NCBI GenBank assembly: GCA_963676395.1
Contig: OY781066.1
Span: 288,001 to 352,000 of the forward strand
Source: a bacterium
GTDB taxonomy: Bacteria; Fidelibacterota; Fidelibacteria; Fidelibacterales; Fidelibacteraceae
Reading direction: 5' to 3'
Length of the DNA stretch: 64,000 nucleotides
In this document: one piece after another, positions 40,549 to 51,038 of the stretch
Position numbering within the stretch: the first letter of the stretch is position 1
Layout: every line of letters starts with the position of its first letter
Translations under genes and position numbers: made by a program
Notes under the pieces: model-generated
What the model was told of the DNA's origin: nothing
Database searches by the model: none
The model's input: only the letters and a program-made list of their open reading frames with translations

Positions 40549-41559
40549 ATGAAAAAATATCTAATACTATTTCTCACATTCATCTCAATGATAAATGCTA
40601 CTGAATTAAGCTTGGGTTTCAGTGGAAACAACAGAGGTGCAATGATGCCCTGCGATTGCACTATTCCTGCAGGAGGCTTAGCAAGAATATCTACAGTTGT
40701 CAACAATATTAAAAATGATCATATCCAAGTAGGTGCAGGGAATCATTTTTTTCATCATACGCCAATGAAGTACGACAATCAGATACACGAGCAAAAAAAA
40801 GCCTTTTTACAAGCTCAGTTGATGAGTGAGATGAACTATTCAGTCGTTAACGTCGGACAGTTTGATCTGTGTTACGGTTTAAAACCCCTCTACCAGATCC
40901 AGGATAATTTCGGTCTGGATCTCATATCGGCAAATATCGTAGATCTTAATGATTCTCACCCCTTCCCGGCTTTTAAAATAATTGAATACAATGATCTTAA
41001 AATTATGTTTATTGGAATATGCCAGTACACAAACGAAATGAACTTCAAGATCTTAGACCCATTAAAAACACTTATAGAACTGAGTAATGAAGGCGTATTC
41101 GATGAGGCTGATCTGGTTATTCTGCTTGCAGATGCAACAAGCAAAGTTATTTTGGATTTCATCACATATTATAAGGGAGTGGATATTGTTATTGCATCAA
41201 AAGAACATCGAAATACAATGTTGCCAATGAGATTCAAAAATACGGATTTGATACAACTGGGTTCTCAAGGTAAGTATTTTGCCAAATTGGATTTACGTTT
41301 TGAAAACTCTGATCATTCTTGGACAGACCTAAGCCAAGAACACGCACACATCTCCGAAATTCATCAAGAGCTTTCATTGTCAAATGAAAATCAAAAAACT
41401 CTTAGAAACAAAATGAAGAACCTTAAGAAAAAACTTCGAAGACAGATTAAACAACATCCCAATAATTACTATAATAACATGATTTTCCTTGATGACGGTA
41501 TAAATGATGATATTGCAATAAAAGATCGCATAGAAAGCCTAACAGAAGGGAAAAAATAG
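40549..41559 (+). CDS. Secreted UshA-like (5'-nucleotidase N-terminal fold) protein with CxC motif
   Basis: Signal peptide; PCDCTIPAGGLAR, GAGNHF, NVGQFDL, LISANI; ATG 40549 after AAAGG. Confidence 0.72.
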   Translation: MKKYLILFLTFISMINATELSLGFSGNNRGAMMPCDCTIPAGGLARISTVVNNIKNDHIQVGAGNHFFHHTPMKYDNQIHEQKKAFLQAQLMSEMNYSVVNVGQFDLCYGLKPLYQIQDNFGLDLISANIVDLNDSHPFPAFKIIEYNDLKIMFIGICQYTNEMNFKILDPLKTLIELSNEGVFDEADLVILLADATSKVILDFITYYKGVDIVIASKEHRNTMLPMRFKNTDLIQLGSQGKYFAKLDLRFENSDHSWTDLSQEHAHISEIHQELSLSNENQKTLRNKMKNLKKKLRRQIKQHPNNYYNNMIFLDDGINDDIAIKDRIESLTEGKK

Positions 41560-41687
41560 GTATTTATACACTACTGGCTTTAGAATTTCAAGCTTTGGCA
41601 CAAAATGCCCGATATTTGATCCCCAATTAAAAGAGCCTTCTCCATCTAAAGACAGACAAGGCTCATAATAGTAATTATAAATTTAAT

Positions 41688-44264
41688 TTACTTTGTAACC
41701 GTTACAACTCGACTACCGCGCCCTTCATGATTGAATGCGGCCACCTTAAAAACATCCCCTGCTTCTAAAGCCAGAGCTTTCTTGTAAGGTGTAGAATTAA
41801 TTGTCGGTTCACTACCATCCAAAGTATATCTAAGTTTTAATCCCGGGAAGCGAATATTAACCATCACTTCTCCATTCAATACGACTGCACCCGGAAGAGG
41901 AATGCGATAATTCACATTTAAACGATCAAGTTTTCTAAATTCATGTTTTCCTACTTTATTTACAAATGCACTCCAATCTTTTTCTCGAAGTAAATTAGAA
42001 TACGCTTTATCATCAATCGTAACCCAATAGGGTGTTTGTGACCATGCTCTTTCTGCGAGACCCAAGATCTTTGGGAATGCCATATACTCCATCCTATCCC
42101 AGGTTCTCATGGTTTCACTCCAAAGTGTACCTGAAAGGCCAAGAATATTATTTTTACCTTTTTTACTCAATTTTGTTTTGCCTATAAACATTTTAGGTTC
42201 GATCTTTTTTCCGTAAAGCGTTGTTTCGGCACATTTTGTAATATCAAAAGGTGTAAATTCCCAGGCAGATCTAGTATCGGTGTAACCGCCCCAATATAAG
42301 CCGGGTTCTTCGGGGTCACGATTATAGGCAAAATCAAAATAGAAGTTATTTGCACTCAGCAAGACAACCGGAAAACCTTCATTTGCTAATTTATAACCAA
42401 GATCTTCAGCTCCCCAACCCCAAACATTATTCCATATGTAGGCCTGGATCCCATCCTCAACAAGAGATGGATCCGGAATCTTTTTCTTACCTTCGTGCTT
42501 ACATGCCACTTCTTCCCAACCGGCTGTATGAATATCATACTTTTTCAACATTGCAGTCACGCGTTTTGTAAAATACTTGTGCAATTCCGAGGCATCATTA
42601 TAGTCATCTGACCCATCAAGAAATTCCTGACATATTGGTGAATATTTAAAAGAACCAGGTGGAACTTCATCTCCACCAATATGTAAGGTGGTAAGAGTTG
42701 CATTGGCTTCTTTGTACATCGCAACGAGTTCATCAATTACTACTTCGACAAAATCAAATGTCGATTCCATGCAAGGATTAGCTGTATTGTCGTGATACCT
42801 TTGTGCCGATGTATAATAAGTCGTATCATCAAAGTCAGTGAGTAAATATTGCTTTGCCATATCTTCTTGCCCTTTTGCCATGTAGCGATCATATCGCACT
42901 TCCATGGCTTTTACGGCAGAACGCATGTGACCCGGCATATCAATCTCGGGGATAACCTCAATATGACGTCGAGTGGCACACTTCAGCAATTCAATAAATT
43001 CTTCTCGGGTATAATAGCCGCTACCATTCCCTTTCGTAGGATCGGCAAAGGGACCGGATCCCAAAGTGGGTTGCAAGTGATCTTTTTCATCTTTTGTATG
43101 ACCACGAAAAGCACCGATCTCAGTTAATTCCGGTAACTGCTTAATCTCAACGCGCCAACCTTCATCATCGGTAATATGGAAATGAAGTTTATTCATTTTG
43201 TACATGGCTAAAATATCCATGAATTTTTCAATATTTTTTTTCTGGTGAAATGAACGACTTACATCTATGTGCATTCCACGATAATCAAATCTCGGATAAT
43301 CTTCAATATATAAAGCAGGTACTTTTAATTCAGTACCATCAGTCAAGTCATTATTCCCGATGATGGATAACAGACTTTGCGCCCCATAGAATGCTCCGGC
43401 TTTATCGGCACCCTTGATCAAGAAACCCTTGTTCGCATCGATCGTAAGCGCATATGCTTCCTTGGGCCCTGTCCCCAACATCATCACAATATAGCTGGTA
43501 TTAGGATCTGCTAACTTTTCAGGATAAAAAAGCTCCAAAACTGTTGATATACCATACATTGTTTTAAGTTTTTCTTTCAAAAATTCCGCTTCACTGCGCA
43601 AGTCATCCGGATAAAAGATAGTCATGCTTTCAGATAGTACAACTTCACCCTTCTCAACTTCAAATAATACGGGAGTCGGAATAACTGGAGATAGATCTTT
43701 CTCGGGAATTAATTCAATCCTATCATTTTGCGCATAGCGAATAACCGGGGTTTGTACCTTTAATTCATCATATGACCCACGACGAAGATTTTCGTTTGCA
43801 GGAAAAGGTAAAACCTTTGTTTCTCCACATGAAAGAATGATCTCTTTACCATGCTTATCTTTAATCACGAAATATGCTCCGGATATAGCATCTGATTTAT
43901 TAATGGCATAATGAGTTCCCAAAAGTGGGAAAGTAAAACTTTCACCCGGTTTGATTTCTTCAAATTTTCCTGTAGGTTTTATATATGAATAATCGCCATT
44001 CGTGGTTTTACCTTCTACCTTATCGCATTCCTGTTCATCTTTAATCGAACGGAACCAGGTAAAGTAGAATTCCCAATTGTCTTTAGTTAAAGTATATTTT
44101 GAATTATTCGTGAAAGTAATTTCAGATTTCAGCTGACTTTTACCCTGATATTGATTTTCGATCAGCTGCCAAGAAACCTCTATTTTACCCTTATTTTGAT
44201 CAGAGCATGAGAAGAGAAATAAAAGTCCCAACAGCATACTCATTAAATATAATTTCTTCTTCAT
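41688..44264 (-). CDS. Beta-N-acetylhexosaminidase/chitobiase (GH20) lipoprotein
   Basis: Lipobox LFSC; RGMHIDVSR, HFHITDDEGWR, PEIDMPGH, catalytic HIGGDE, WSE; N-terminal carbohydrate-binding and C-terminal YTLDGSEP domains. Confidence 0.92.
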   Translation of the reverse strand: MKKKLYLMSMLLGLLFLFSCSDQNKGKIEVSWQLIENQYQGKSQLKSEITFTNNSKYTLTKDNWEFYFTWFRSIKDEQECDKVEGKTTNGDYSYIKPTGKFEEIKPGESFTFPLLGTHYAINKSDAISGAYFVIKDKHGKEIILSCGETKVLPFPANENLRRGSYDELKVQTPVIRYAQNDRIELIPEKDLSPVIPTPVLFEVEKGEVVLSESMTIFYPDDLRSEAEFLKEKLKTMYGISTVLELFYPEKLADPNTSYIVMMLGTGPKEAYALTIDANKGFLIKGADKAGAFYGAQSLLSIIGNNDLTDGTELKVPALYIEDYPRFDYRGMHIDVSRSFHQKKNIEKFMDILAMYKMNKLHFHITDDEGWRVEIKQLPELTEIGAFRGHTKDEKDHLQPTLGSGPFADPTKGNGSGYYTREEFIELLKCATRRHIEVIPEIDMPGHMRSAVKAMEVRYDRYMAKGQEDMAKQYLLTDFDDTTYYTSAQRYHDNTANPCMESTFDFVEVVIDELVAMYKEANATLTTLHIGGDEVPPGSFKYSPICQEFLDGSDDYNDASELHKYFTKRVTAMLKKYDIHTAGWEEVACKHEGKKKIPDPSLVEDGIQAYIWNNVWGWGAEDLGYKLANEGFPVVLLSANNFYFDFAYNRDPEEPGLYWGGYTDTRSAWEFTPFDITKCAETTLYGKKIEPKMFIGKTKLSKKGKNNILGLSGTLWSETMRTWDRMEYMAFPKILGLAERAWSQTPYWVTIDDKAYSNLLREKDWSAFVNKVGKHEFRKLDRLNVNYRIPLPGAVVLNGEVMVNIRFPGLKLRYTLDGSEPTINSTPYKKALALEAGDVFKVAAFNHEGRGSRVVTVTK

Positions 44265-44284
44265 TTAATATCCCTTTCTATATT

Positions 44285-45127
44285 TTATTTTTTCCACCAT
44301 GATGTAAAATTCTTTTTTATGCTTTGTTCATTCTTGATCACAGCCTGTCTACCTACGTCTATAAGATCACTTGCATGTTCGAAATCAAATTGGAAAGCAC
44401 CCTTATAAGCTTCAATATCTACCGTTGCTTTAACAGGTCTATGAGAGTTTTTCATTGATATTGACATCGCCCTCCATAATACATCCAAAGAATTTTTCAA
44501 ACCCGATTTTTCTACAGTCCTAAGAGGTGAGACATCTACCGATAGAATCTTTTTATATCCCATTTCCCTGGCAATGTTAACCGGCATATTATCGGCAAAA
44601 GCCCCGTCTACATATAAACCGTCTGCCAATTCATAGGGTTCAAAAAATGGTGGTATAGCCATAGAGCAACGAATGGCATCGGCAAGCTTACCTTCGATGA
44701 ACACTTTTTCTTTTCCACTTATCAAATCAACCGCATTCGTGGCAAAAGGAATAATCGTTTCATTGATATCAATATCATTCGTGACTTCTTTGATCTTTTC
44801 AAGGATTTTCTCTCCGGATTCAGCCCCTCGTTTACGCATAAAATTACTAATGGCATTCCCGGCTTGAAAAACTTTTACCAGTGGACCTTCACCCCATTTG
44901 AGAGTTGGCATAGTCGAGACCATTTCACGGATCTTAAGATCATTGGTCATAAATTCTTCTATCCATTCAATGGATTTACCGGATGCATACACGCCACCTA
45001 CCACAGATCCCATGGATGTTCCTACAATCAATGATGGTTTTAAATTTAGCCGTTCAAGCTCTTTGAGCACACCAACATGTGCAATCCCATTACCACCACC
45101 ACCAGAAAGAACGAGTGCCCATTTCAT
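44285..45127 (-). CDS. Patatin-like phospholipase
   Basis: LSGGGGNG, GTSMG nucleophile motif, DGA motif. Confidence 0.9.
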   Translation of the reverse strand: MKWALVLSGGGGNGIAHVGVLKELERLNLKPSLIVGTSMGSVVGGVYASGKSIEWIEEFMTNDLKIREMVSTMPTLKWGEGPLVKVFQAGNAISNFMRKRGAESGEKILEKIKEVTNDIDINETIIPFATNAVDLISGKEKVFIEGKLADAIRCSMAIPPFFEPYELADGLYVDGAFADNMPVNIAREMGYKKILSVDVSPLRTVEKSGLKNSLDVLWRAMSISMKNSHRPVKATVDIEAYKGAFQFDFEHASDLIDVGRQAVIKNEQSIKKNFTSWWKK

Positions 45128-46307
45128 AAATATCACCCATTTTATTTAGTAGTTTGGAAAACTGATCCGTTTCAACTTCTTCTTTTACTTTTCGAGGATC
45201 GGCAATTATATAATAATGGACACGTCTGTCCATAAAATCTGTCGTTGTAAGAAATCGGCCATCAAGAGATATATCCATACCAGTGGGTTGGTTCCCTTGT
45301 GCCCAAGCTGTAAATTTCTTAAGTGAATCTGTTTCCAATACAACGATCTCTCCATCGCGTGGACTTGGCAGAGTATAGCCATCAGGATTGTTTGGACCTC
45401 GACAGGATACAAACAAATAATTTCCATCCGGTGTTAAACGAATTGTATTGGGATGAGAATCGACATCGCCCTTTGCTACGGTTTCACGCTTTATCCAATC
45501 ATATTTATATACTACTGCAAAGCGCATATCGTCATAATACAGCATTTTTTCATTCGGTTCATATCGGACATCTCTCATAGCTGATCGCCAAACAGGCATA
45601 TATTCAACTTTTTTACCGCTGCGAACATCGAAAACTTCAATTCCACAATCTGTACTTTTTGAACCACCATATAAAGTTACAGCCAGCGTATCGTTACCTA
45701 TCCATGCAAGACCACGTGGAATTTGAGATGTTTTTAAATTTCTGATGATGCGCTTCTTCTCTACATCAAAAATTGAAACACGTCGAGAGACCCAATGGGA
45801 CATCGCAATCTGTTCCTGATTGGGAGAAAATTCCAAAGATTTCGTCCAATCACCCCCGGTTTTTCTGGCATGGGATAAAGAATCAATTTCGGGATCATAA
45901 ATAAAATAATCTCCCGTAGTCATTCTGGTAAACCAAAATTTTCCATCCTTTTCACGAAAAACACCTTCGGCATAGCCATAATCTTGTTTAGGATCTTCAC
46001 ATTCCGGCGAAAGAGTTTTTACCAATTCAAAAGGATCTGTCGTATAGATTTGTACCGCCTTATGTCTTTGACCAAGAAGGGTAACATAAACATACTTCCC
46101 GTCAGGAGAAAAGGAACAGCTTTTAGGGGAAGCTCCCGTCCTGGCAGATTTTCTAAAATGTGGAAATTCAGGTGAATACTCCCAACCGGCTTCTATCAAT
46201 GAATCTTTTACCTGTTCGATGGTAATGAAATCACGATACATCAGATCCAGAGCAAACAAAGGTATAATTAAGGATAATAATATTATAAAAGTTAAAAATC
46301 GTTTCAT
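45090..46307 (-). CDS. Secreted YncE/YVTN-type beta-propeller protein
   Basis: Signal peptide; repeated SPDGKYVYVT, TPDGNYLFVS and PTGMDISLDG blades. Confidence 0.78.
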   Translation of the reverse strand: MKRFLTFIILLSLIIPLFALDLMYRDFITIEQVKDSLIEAGWEYSPEFPHFRKSARTGASPKSCSFSPDGKYVYVTLLGQRHKAVQIYTTDPFELVKTLSPECEDPKQDYGYAEGVFREKDGKFWFTRMTTGDYFIYDPEIDSLSHARKTGGDWTKSLEFSPNQEQIAMSHWVSRRVSIFDVEKKRIIRNLKTSQIPRGLAWIGNDTLAVTLYGGSKSTDCGIEVFDVRSGKKVEYMPVWRSAMRDVRYEPNEKMLYYDDMRFAVVYKYDWIKRETVAKGDVDSHPNTIRLTPDGNYLFVSCRGPNNPDGYTLPSPRDGEIVVLETDSLKKFTAWAQGNQPTGMDISLDGRFLTTTDFMDRRVHYYIIADPRKVKEEVETDQFSKLLNKMGDIYEMGTRSFWWWW

Positions 46308-46801
46308 GCTATTCCTTAGAAAAAAAATGTACTAATTATTCTCAAAAATCGTCGCGATAAAATAACACATAAAACCTTAATTGACAATTGTATTATAAGA
46401 ATAAGGTCAGGGTAAAAGAATGAAATGAAAGATCAAAAAGAAAAATATACTTCAGTCAATGAACAATGAGCGAAACTGCAACACGTAGTGCATTCATAGA
46501 TTTAACACGAGGTAAACAATGGGTATCAATAGCCGTTCATCACTATCAAAACTGTCTTCTGTTTTTCATATCAATTAAATTATTTCAAAGAAAACACATA
46601 TAATCGAGGATCACAATCTCCAATTATAACACTTATCATCTTCCAATTAAAAATAGTTCGCAAAGCTCCTTTCCTCAACAGAAAAGTATAACGATCATAA
46701 ACTTCCAAGGTCTTACAACTTAGGTCTTACGATTCCGTTTTTCCTAACACTCCGAGCATTTTTTTATTATATTAAACCGCACAAATTGAGAGGATTACTT
46801 C

Positions 46802-48454
46802 ATGAAAAATTTATCACAATTACATAAGGCGAGAATCGGGTATAAACCCAAGCTGCCTTCTGTATTCCACAATGGTCCGGCGGTAAAAATCCATAAAGAA
46901 AATGCTACGGAATCTGTTGCGGATCAAGCAAAGATCAAAGAACTTTTTGCCACGACTTACGGTATGCCCGCCATCACGTTTAAAGATGATAACAATGCCG
47001 ATTATAAACCCATGAACATGGGACTTATTTTGTCCGGTGGTCAGGCACCCGGTGGTCACAATGTGATCGCAGGTCTTTTTGATGGTTTAAAAGCTTGTCA
47101 CCCGGACTCAAAACTCTATGGTTTTCTCGGTGGTCCTTCGGGTTTGACCGATAATGAATATTACGAACTTGATGAAGCATTTATCGCAGAATACCGTAAC
47201 ACCGGTGGTTTTGATATGATCGGTTCCGGTCGTACCAAACTTGAAAAAGAAGAACAGTACGAAGAAACCCTTAAAAACTGTAAAGCATTGGATATTAAAG
47301 CTCTTGTTATTATTGGTGGCGACGACTCTAACACCAACGCCGCTATTCTTGCGGAATACTTTGCCGCTAAAGATGCCGGCGTATCTGTTATCGGTGTCCC
47401 CAAAACAATTGATGGTGATCTCAAGAATGATATGATCGAAGCCTCTTTTGGTTTTGACACGGCAACCAAGGTTTATAATGAATTGATCGGTAATATTCAA
47501 CGCGATGCCAATTCAGCCAAAAAATACTGGCATTTCGTAAAATTAATGGGGCGTTCAGCCTCACATATCGCTCTTGAATGTGCACTTAGAACTCAAGCCA
47601 ACTATGCCTTAATCTCCGAAGAGGTCGAAGCTAAAAAACAAACCCTTGATGATATTGTTGAAATATTAGCCGATATCGTCGCTAAACGTTCAAATAACAA
47701 TGAAGATTTCGGTGTTTTTATTATCCCCGAAGGTTTAATTGAATTTATTCCTGAAATGAAAGAATTGATCACCGAATTGAACGAACTGATGGCCGACAAA
47801 GAAGATGAATTGAACACCATTGAAGATGCAGACGACAAACGCAACTACATCATCAAACATCTTGATGAAAACACATCGGAACTATATAGATCATTACCGG
47901 CACAAATCGCTGAACAGTTGATCATGGAACGCGACCCTCACGGTAACGTTCAGGTTTCATTGATTGAAACTGAAAAACTGTTATCACTGATGATCAAAGA
48001 AAGACTTGCCGAATTAAAAAAAGAAGGCAAATACAACGGATCCTTCAAAACACATTCACATTTCTTCGGTTACGAAGGCCGTTGCTCATTCCCCTCGAAC
48101 TTTGATGCGGATTATTGCTACGCTCTCGGTTACACCGCGGCCCTTCTTGCCGAAAACGGTTTAACCGGCTATATGTCTTCGGTACGTAACCTTAAAGATA
48201 CAGCGGAAAACTGGATCCCAGGTGGTACACCCATGACCAGCATGATGAATGTTGAAAGACGTCACGGTAAAGACAAACCCGTTATAAAAAAAGCGCTCGT
48301 CGAATTAGACGGAGCACCTTTTAAAGCCTATGTTGCAAACCGCGACAAATGGGCAGTAGAAACCTCATACACTTATCCCGGTCCTATCCAATATTACGGT
48401 CCTGCCGAAGTGTCTGAGATCAAAACAATCACACTTGAATTAGAACATCAATAA
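46802..48454 (+). CDS. pfp: Pyrophosphate-dependent phosphofructokinase (long clade)
   Basis: SGGQAPGG, GGDDSN, PKTIDGD, MGRSASH, GYEGR; 550 aa. Confidence 0.94.
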   Translation: MKNLSQLHKARIGYKPKLPSVFHNGPAVKIHKENATESVADQAKIKELFATTYGMPAITFKDDNNADYKPMNMGLILSGGQAPGGHNVIAGLFDGLKACHPDSKLYGFLGGPSGLTDNEYYELDEAFIAEYRNTGGFDMIGSGRTKLEKEEQYEETLKNCKALDIKALVIIGGDDSNTNAAILAEYFAAKDAGVSVIGVPKTIDGDLKNDMIEASFGFDTATKVYNELIGNIQRDANSAKKYWHFVKLMGRSASHIALECALRTQANYALISEEVEAKKQTLDDIVEILADIVAKRSNNNEDFGVFIIPEGLIEFIPEMKELITELNELMADKEDELNTIEDADDKRNYIIKHLDENTSELYRSLPAQIAEQLIMERDPHGNVQVSLIETEKLLSLMIKERLAELKKEGKYNGSFKTHSHFFGYEGRCSFPSNFDADYCYALGYTAALLAENGLTGYMSSVRNLKDTAENWIPGGTPMTSMMNVERRHGKDKPVIKKALVELDGAPFKAYVANRDKWAVETSYTYPGPIQYYGPAEVSEIKTITLELEHQ

Positions 48455-48465
48455 AGGAGCATAAA

Positions 48466-49554
48466 ATGGCTAACAAACCTAATTTGAAACCCGGTGTTGT
48501 TACTGGTAAGGCTCTTCTTGACATCTTTGAATATGCCAAAGAAGAAAAATTTGCCCTTCCGGCAGTCAACGTGATCGGCTCAAGTTCAATTAATGCAGCT
48601 CTTCAGGCTGCCAAAGAAGCCAAATCGGCTATCATGATCCAATTCTCAAACGGTGGTGGTGTTTTTAACGCCGGAAAATACCTTGATAACACAGATCAAA
48701 AAGCCGCTATTGCAGGCTCAATTGCCGGTGCTTTACATATTCGTGAAATGGCTAAACATTACGGTGTTCCTGTCATCCTTCACACTGACCACTGTGCAAA
48801 AAAACTTCTACCTTGGATCGACGGATTGCTTGACGCCAGTGAAGAATACTACAAAGTTCACGGCGAACCACTATTTTCATCACACATGATTGATCTTTCT
48901 GAAGAACCTCTTGAAGAAAACCTTGATATCTGCAAAAGTTACCTCGAACGTATGTCAAAAATCGATATGCTTCTTGAGATCGAACTCGGTGTAACCGGAG
49001 GTGAAGAAGATGGCGTTGACAATACCAATGTAGACAATTCACTTCTATACACACAGCCTGAAGAAGTGAATAAAGCTTACGAAATTCTATCTGCTGTAAG
49101 CCCTATGTTTACAATTGCCGCTTCATTCGGTAATGTACACGGTGTTTATAAACCCGGTAACGTTGTTTTAACTCCGAAAATTCTTTTAAACTCACAGAAG
49201 TTCATCTCTGAAAAACACGGTTTAGGTGAAAAACCCGTAAACTTCGTATTTCACGGTGGTTCAGGTTCTGCCCCCGAAGAAATTGAAGAAGCTATTTCAT
49301 ACGGTGTGATCAAAATGAATATCGATACAGATACTCAATGGGCATATACAAAACCCGTTAAAGATTATATGGATGAATTCGATGCTTATCTTCAAGCACA
49401 GATCGGTAACCCCGAAGGTGCCGATAAACCGAATAAGAAAAAATACGATCCCCGCGCTTGGGTTGTCGTTGGTGAAAAAGGTTTTACAAAACGTCTCGTA
49501 CAGGCTTTCGAGAACCTTAATTCAGTTGGTAAATTCGCTTATCTTAACGAATAA
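48466..49554 (+). CDS. fbaA: Class II fructose-bisphosphate aldolase
   Basis: HTDHC, SSHMIDLS, GGEEDG, FGNVHGVY, FHGGSG, KMNIDTD. Confidence 0.96.
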   Translation: MANKPNLKPGVVTGKALLDIFEYAKEEKFALPAVNVIGSSSINAALQAAKEAKSAIMIQFSNGGGVFNAGKYLDNTDQKAAIAGSIAGALHIREMAKHYGVPVILHTDHCAKKLLPWIDGLLDASEEYYKVHGEPLFSSHMIDLSEEPLEENLDICKSYLERMSKIDMLLEIELGVTGGEEDGVDNTNVDNSLLYTQPEEVNKAYEILSAVSPMFTIAASFGNVHGVYKPGNVVLTPKILLNSQKFISEKHGLGEKPVNFVFHGGSGSAPEEIEEAISYGVIKMNIDTDTQWAYTKPVKDYMDEFDAYLQAQIGNPEGADKPNKKKYDPRAWVVVGEKGFTKRLVQAFENLNSVGKFAYLNE

Positions 49555-49562
49555 ATCACTAC

Positions 49563-49588
49563 AAGGCCGGACCTAATCGTCCGGCCTT
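49563..49588 (+). terminator. Terminator after fbaA
   Basis: AAGGCCGGAC...GTCCGGCCTT stem. Confidence 0.65.
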
Positions 49589-49612
49589 CAATTTAATTCC
49601 CATCTTAATATC

Positions 49613-49664
49613 TTGACTTATATCACGCTTTATCGTATAATTGATTTAGTAATACTATTACTAA
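49613..49664 (+). promoter_or_regulatory. Sigma70 promoter with a perfect 19-bp palindromic operator at the start site
   Basis: TTGACT(49613)-17 nt-TATAAT(49636); TTAGTAATA-C-TATTACTAA at 49646-49664. Confidence 0.65.
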
Positions 49665-49690
49665 GCAAATAAAACACATAAAGGTTCGGA

Positions 49691-50050
49691 ATGAGAAATT
49701 ATTCTTTCTTTACAAAAATTGTCGTTAATCTAATCGCTTTTACCATCATCGGTACGATGTTTAAAGGTATACATATTGATGGTATTTTTACTTTGATCGC
49801 CATGTCGGTCCTCTTCGCAATTCTAAATGCCCTTGTCAAACCCTTTATAACGATCATTACCCTACCCATTACAGCAATGACTTTCGGAATATTTTATCTT
49901 GTAGTAAACGGCTTTATGGTTTGGTTGACATCAAGCCTTATCCATGGTTTTACCATTGTAGATTTTGCAACAGCCTTTTGGGCTTCCATTTTCTTATCGC
50001 TGGTCTCATGGTTAGCTGAAATGATATTTTTTAGAAGAGATGCAGATTAA
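49691..50050 (+). CDS. YvlD-like 4-TM membrane protein (phage holin superfamily IV)
   Basis: LNALVKPF..IITLP....TFGIFYLVVNG, F..AFWAS motifs. Confidence 0.82.
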   Translation: MRNYSFFTKIVVNLIAFTIIGTMFKGIHIDGIFTLIAMSVLFAILNALVKPFITIITLPITAMTFGIFYLVVNGFMVWLTSSLIHGFTIVDFATAFWASIFLSLVSWLAEMIFFRRDAD

Positions 50051-51038
50051 CTTACTAAATCATTCTGCCCAGTTTTGGGAAACAGATAACGGACATGTCC
50101 GTTGCACACTTTGTCCTCATCAATGCGAACTAAGCGAAGGACAAAGCGGCATTTGCATGGTACGAAAAGTTATTGACGGACAACTTTGTTCTATGGTTTA
50201 CGGACTCCCCTCCGCTGTGAGAGTTGACCCAATCGAAAAAAAACCACTCTACCATTATCTTCCGGCTTCCAAGACATATAGCATCGGAACTCAGGGATGT
50301 AATTTAAAATGCAATTTTTGTCAAAACTGGCACCTATCTACCCAATTTGGACACAGTAACGAAAAACACAGTCCTGCAGATATTATTGAACAAGCGCTTG
50401 AGCATTCTTGCAATAGCATAGCATTTACTTATAATGAACCCACAGTTTTTGCCGAATACATGATGGATATACGTGATCTTGCTAAAGATCATGATTTAGC
50501 CTGTATTCTTGTCACAAACGGTTACATAATGCCAGAAGCCCGTAAAGAGGTTTATAAAAATATAGATGCCGTAAACATAGATTTAAAAGCATTTACGGAT
50601 GCTACTTATAAAAAATATACGGGTGGCAGACTTAAACCGGTTTTAAACACCATCAAATGGTGTATGGAACAAAATATACATACGGAAATTACCACCTTAC
50701 TTATTCCCGGAGCAAATGATGATCCGGAATTATTTACAAAAGAATGTAAATGGTTAGTTAAAAATTGTGGTGAAAATATCGCTTTTCACATCAATGCCTT
50801 TCACCCAGAACATAAAATGATCGATTATCCCCGGACTTCCAAATCCACGCTCAAAAAATGTAAAGAAATTGCACTTAATGCTGGTTTAAAATATGTTTAT
50901 GTTGGAAATTATCCGGGATTTGATAATAATACATACTGTGCCGATTGTCATAAGGCCATCATTGAAAGAAAAGCTTATGACATCAAGGTAAATGAACATG
51001 AACAACATAAACTACCTGTAAAATGGAGTGTAACATGA
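50040..51038 (+). CDS. AmmeMemoRadiSam system radical SAM enzyme
   Basis: CTLCPHQC...GIC, DPIEKKPLYH, CNLKCNFCQN (CxxxCxxC), FTYNEP, NIDLK. Confidence 0.88.
   Translation: MQINLLNHSAQFWETDNGHVRCTLCPHQCELSEGQSGICMVRKVIDGQLCSMVYGLPSAVRVDPIEKKPLYHYLPASKTYSIGTQGCNLKCNFCQNWHLSTQFGHSNEKHSPADIIEQALEHSCNSIAFTYNEPTVFAEYMMDIRDLAKDHDLACILVTNGYIMPEARKEVYKNIDAVNIDLKAFTDATYKKYTGGRLKPVLNTIKWCMEQNIHTEITTLLIPGANDDPELFTKECKWLVKNCGENIAFHINAFHPEHKMIDYPRTSKSTLKKCKEIALNAGLKYVYVGNYPGFDNNTYCADCHKAIIERKAYDIKVNEHEQHKLPVKWSVT

Noticed and set aside
45090..45127. Beta-propeller protein ending in WWWW
   Set aside because: Results from a 38-nt overlap with the GGT-rich glycine loop codons of the patatin gene
49691..50050. 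Prophage suggested by a holin-family gene
   Set aside because: YvlD-like proteins are common chromosomal membrane proteins; no integrase, capsid or lysin nearby
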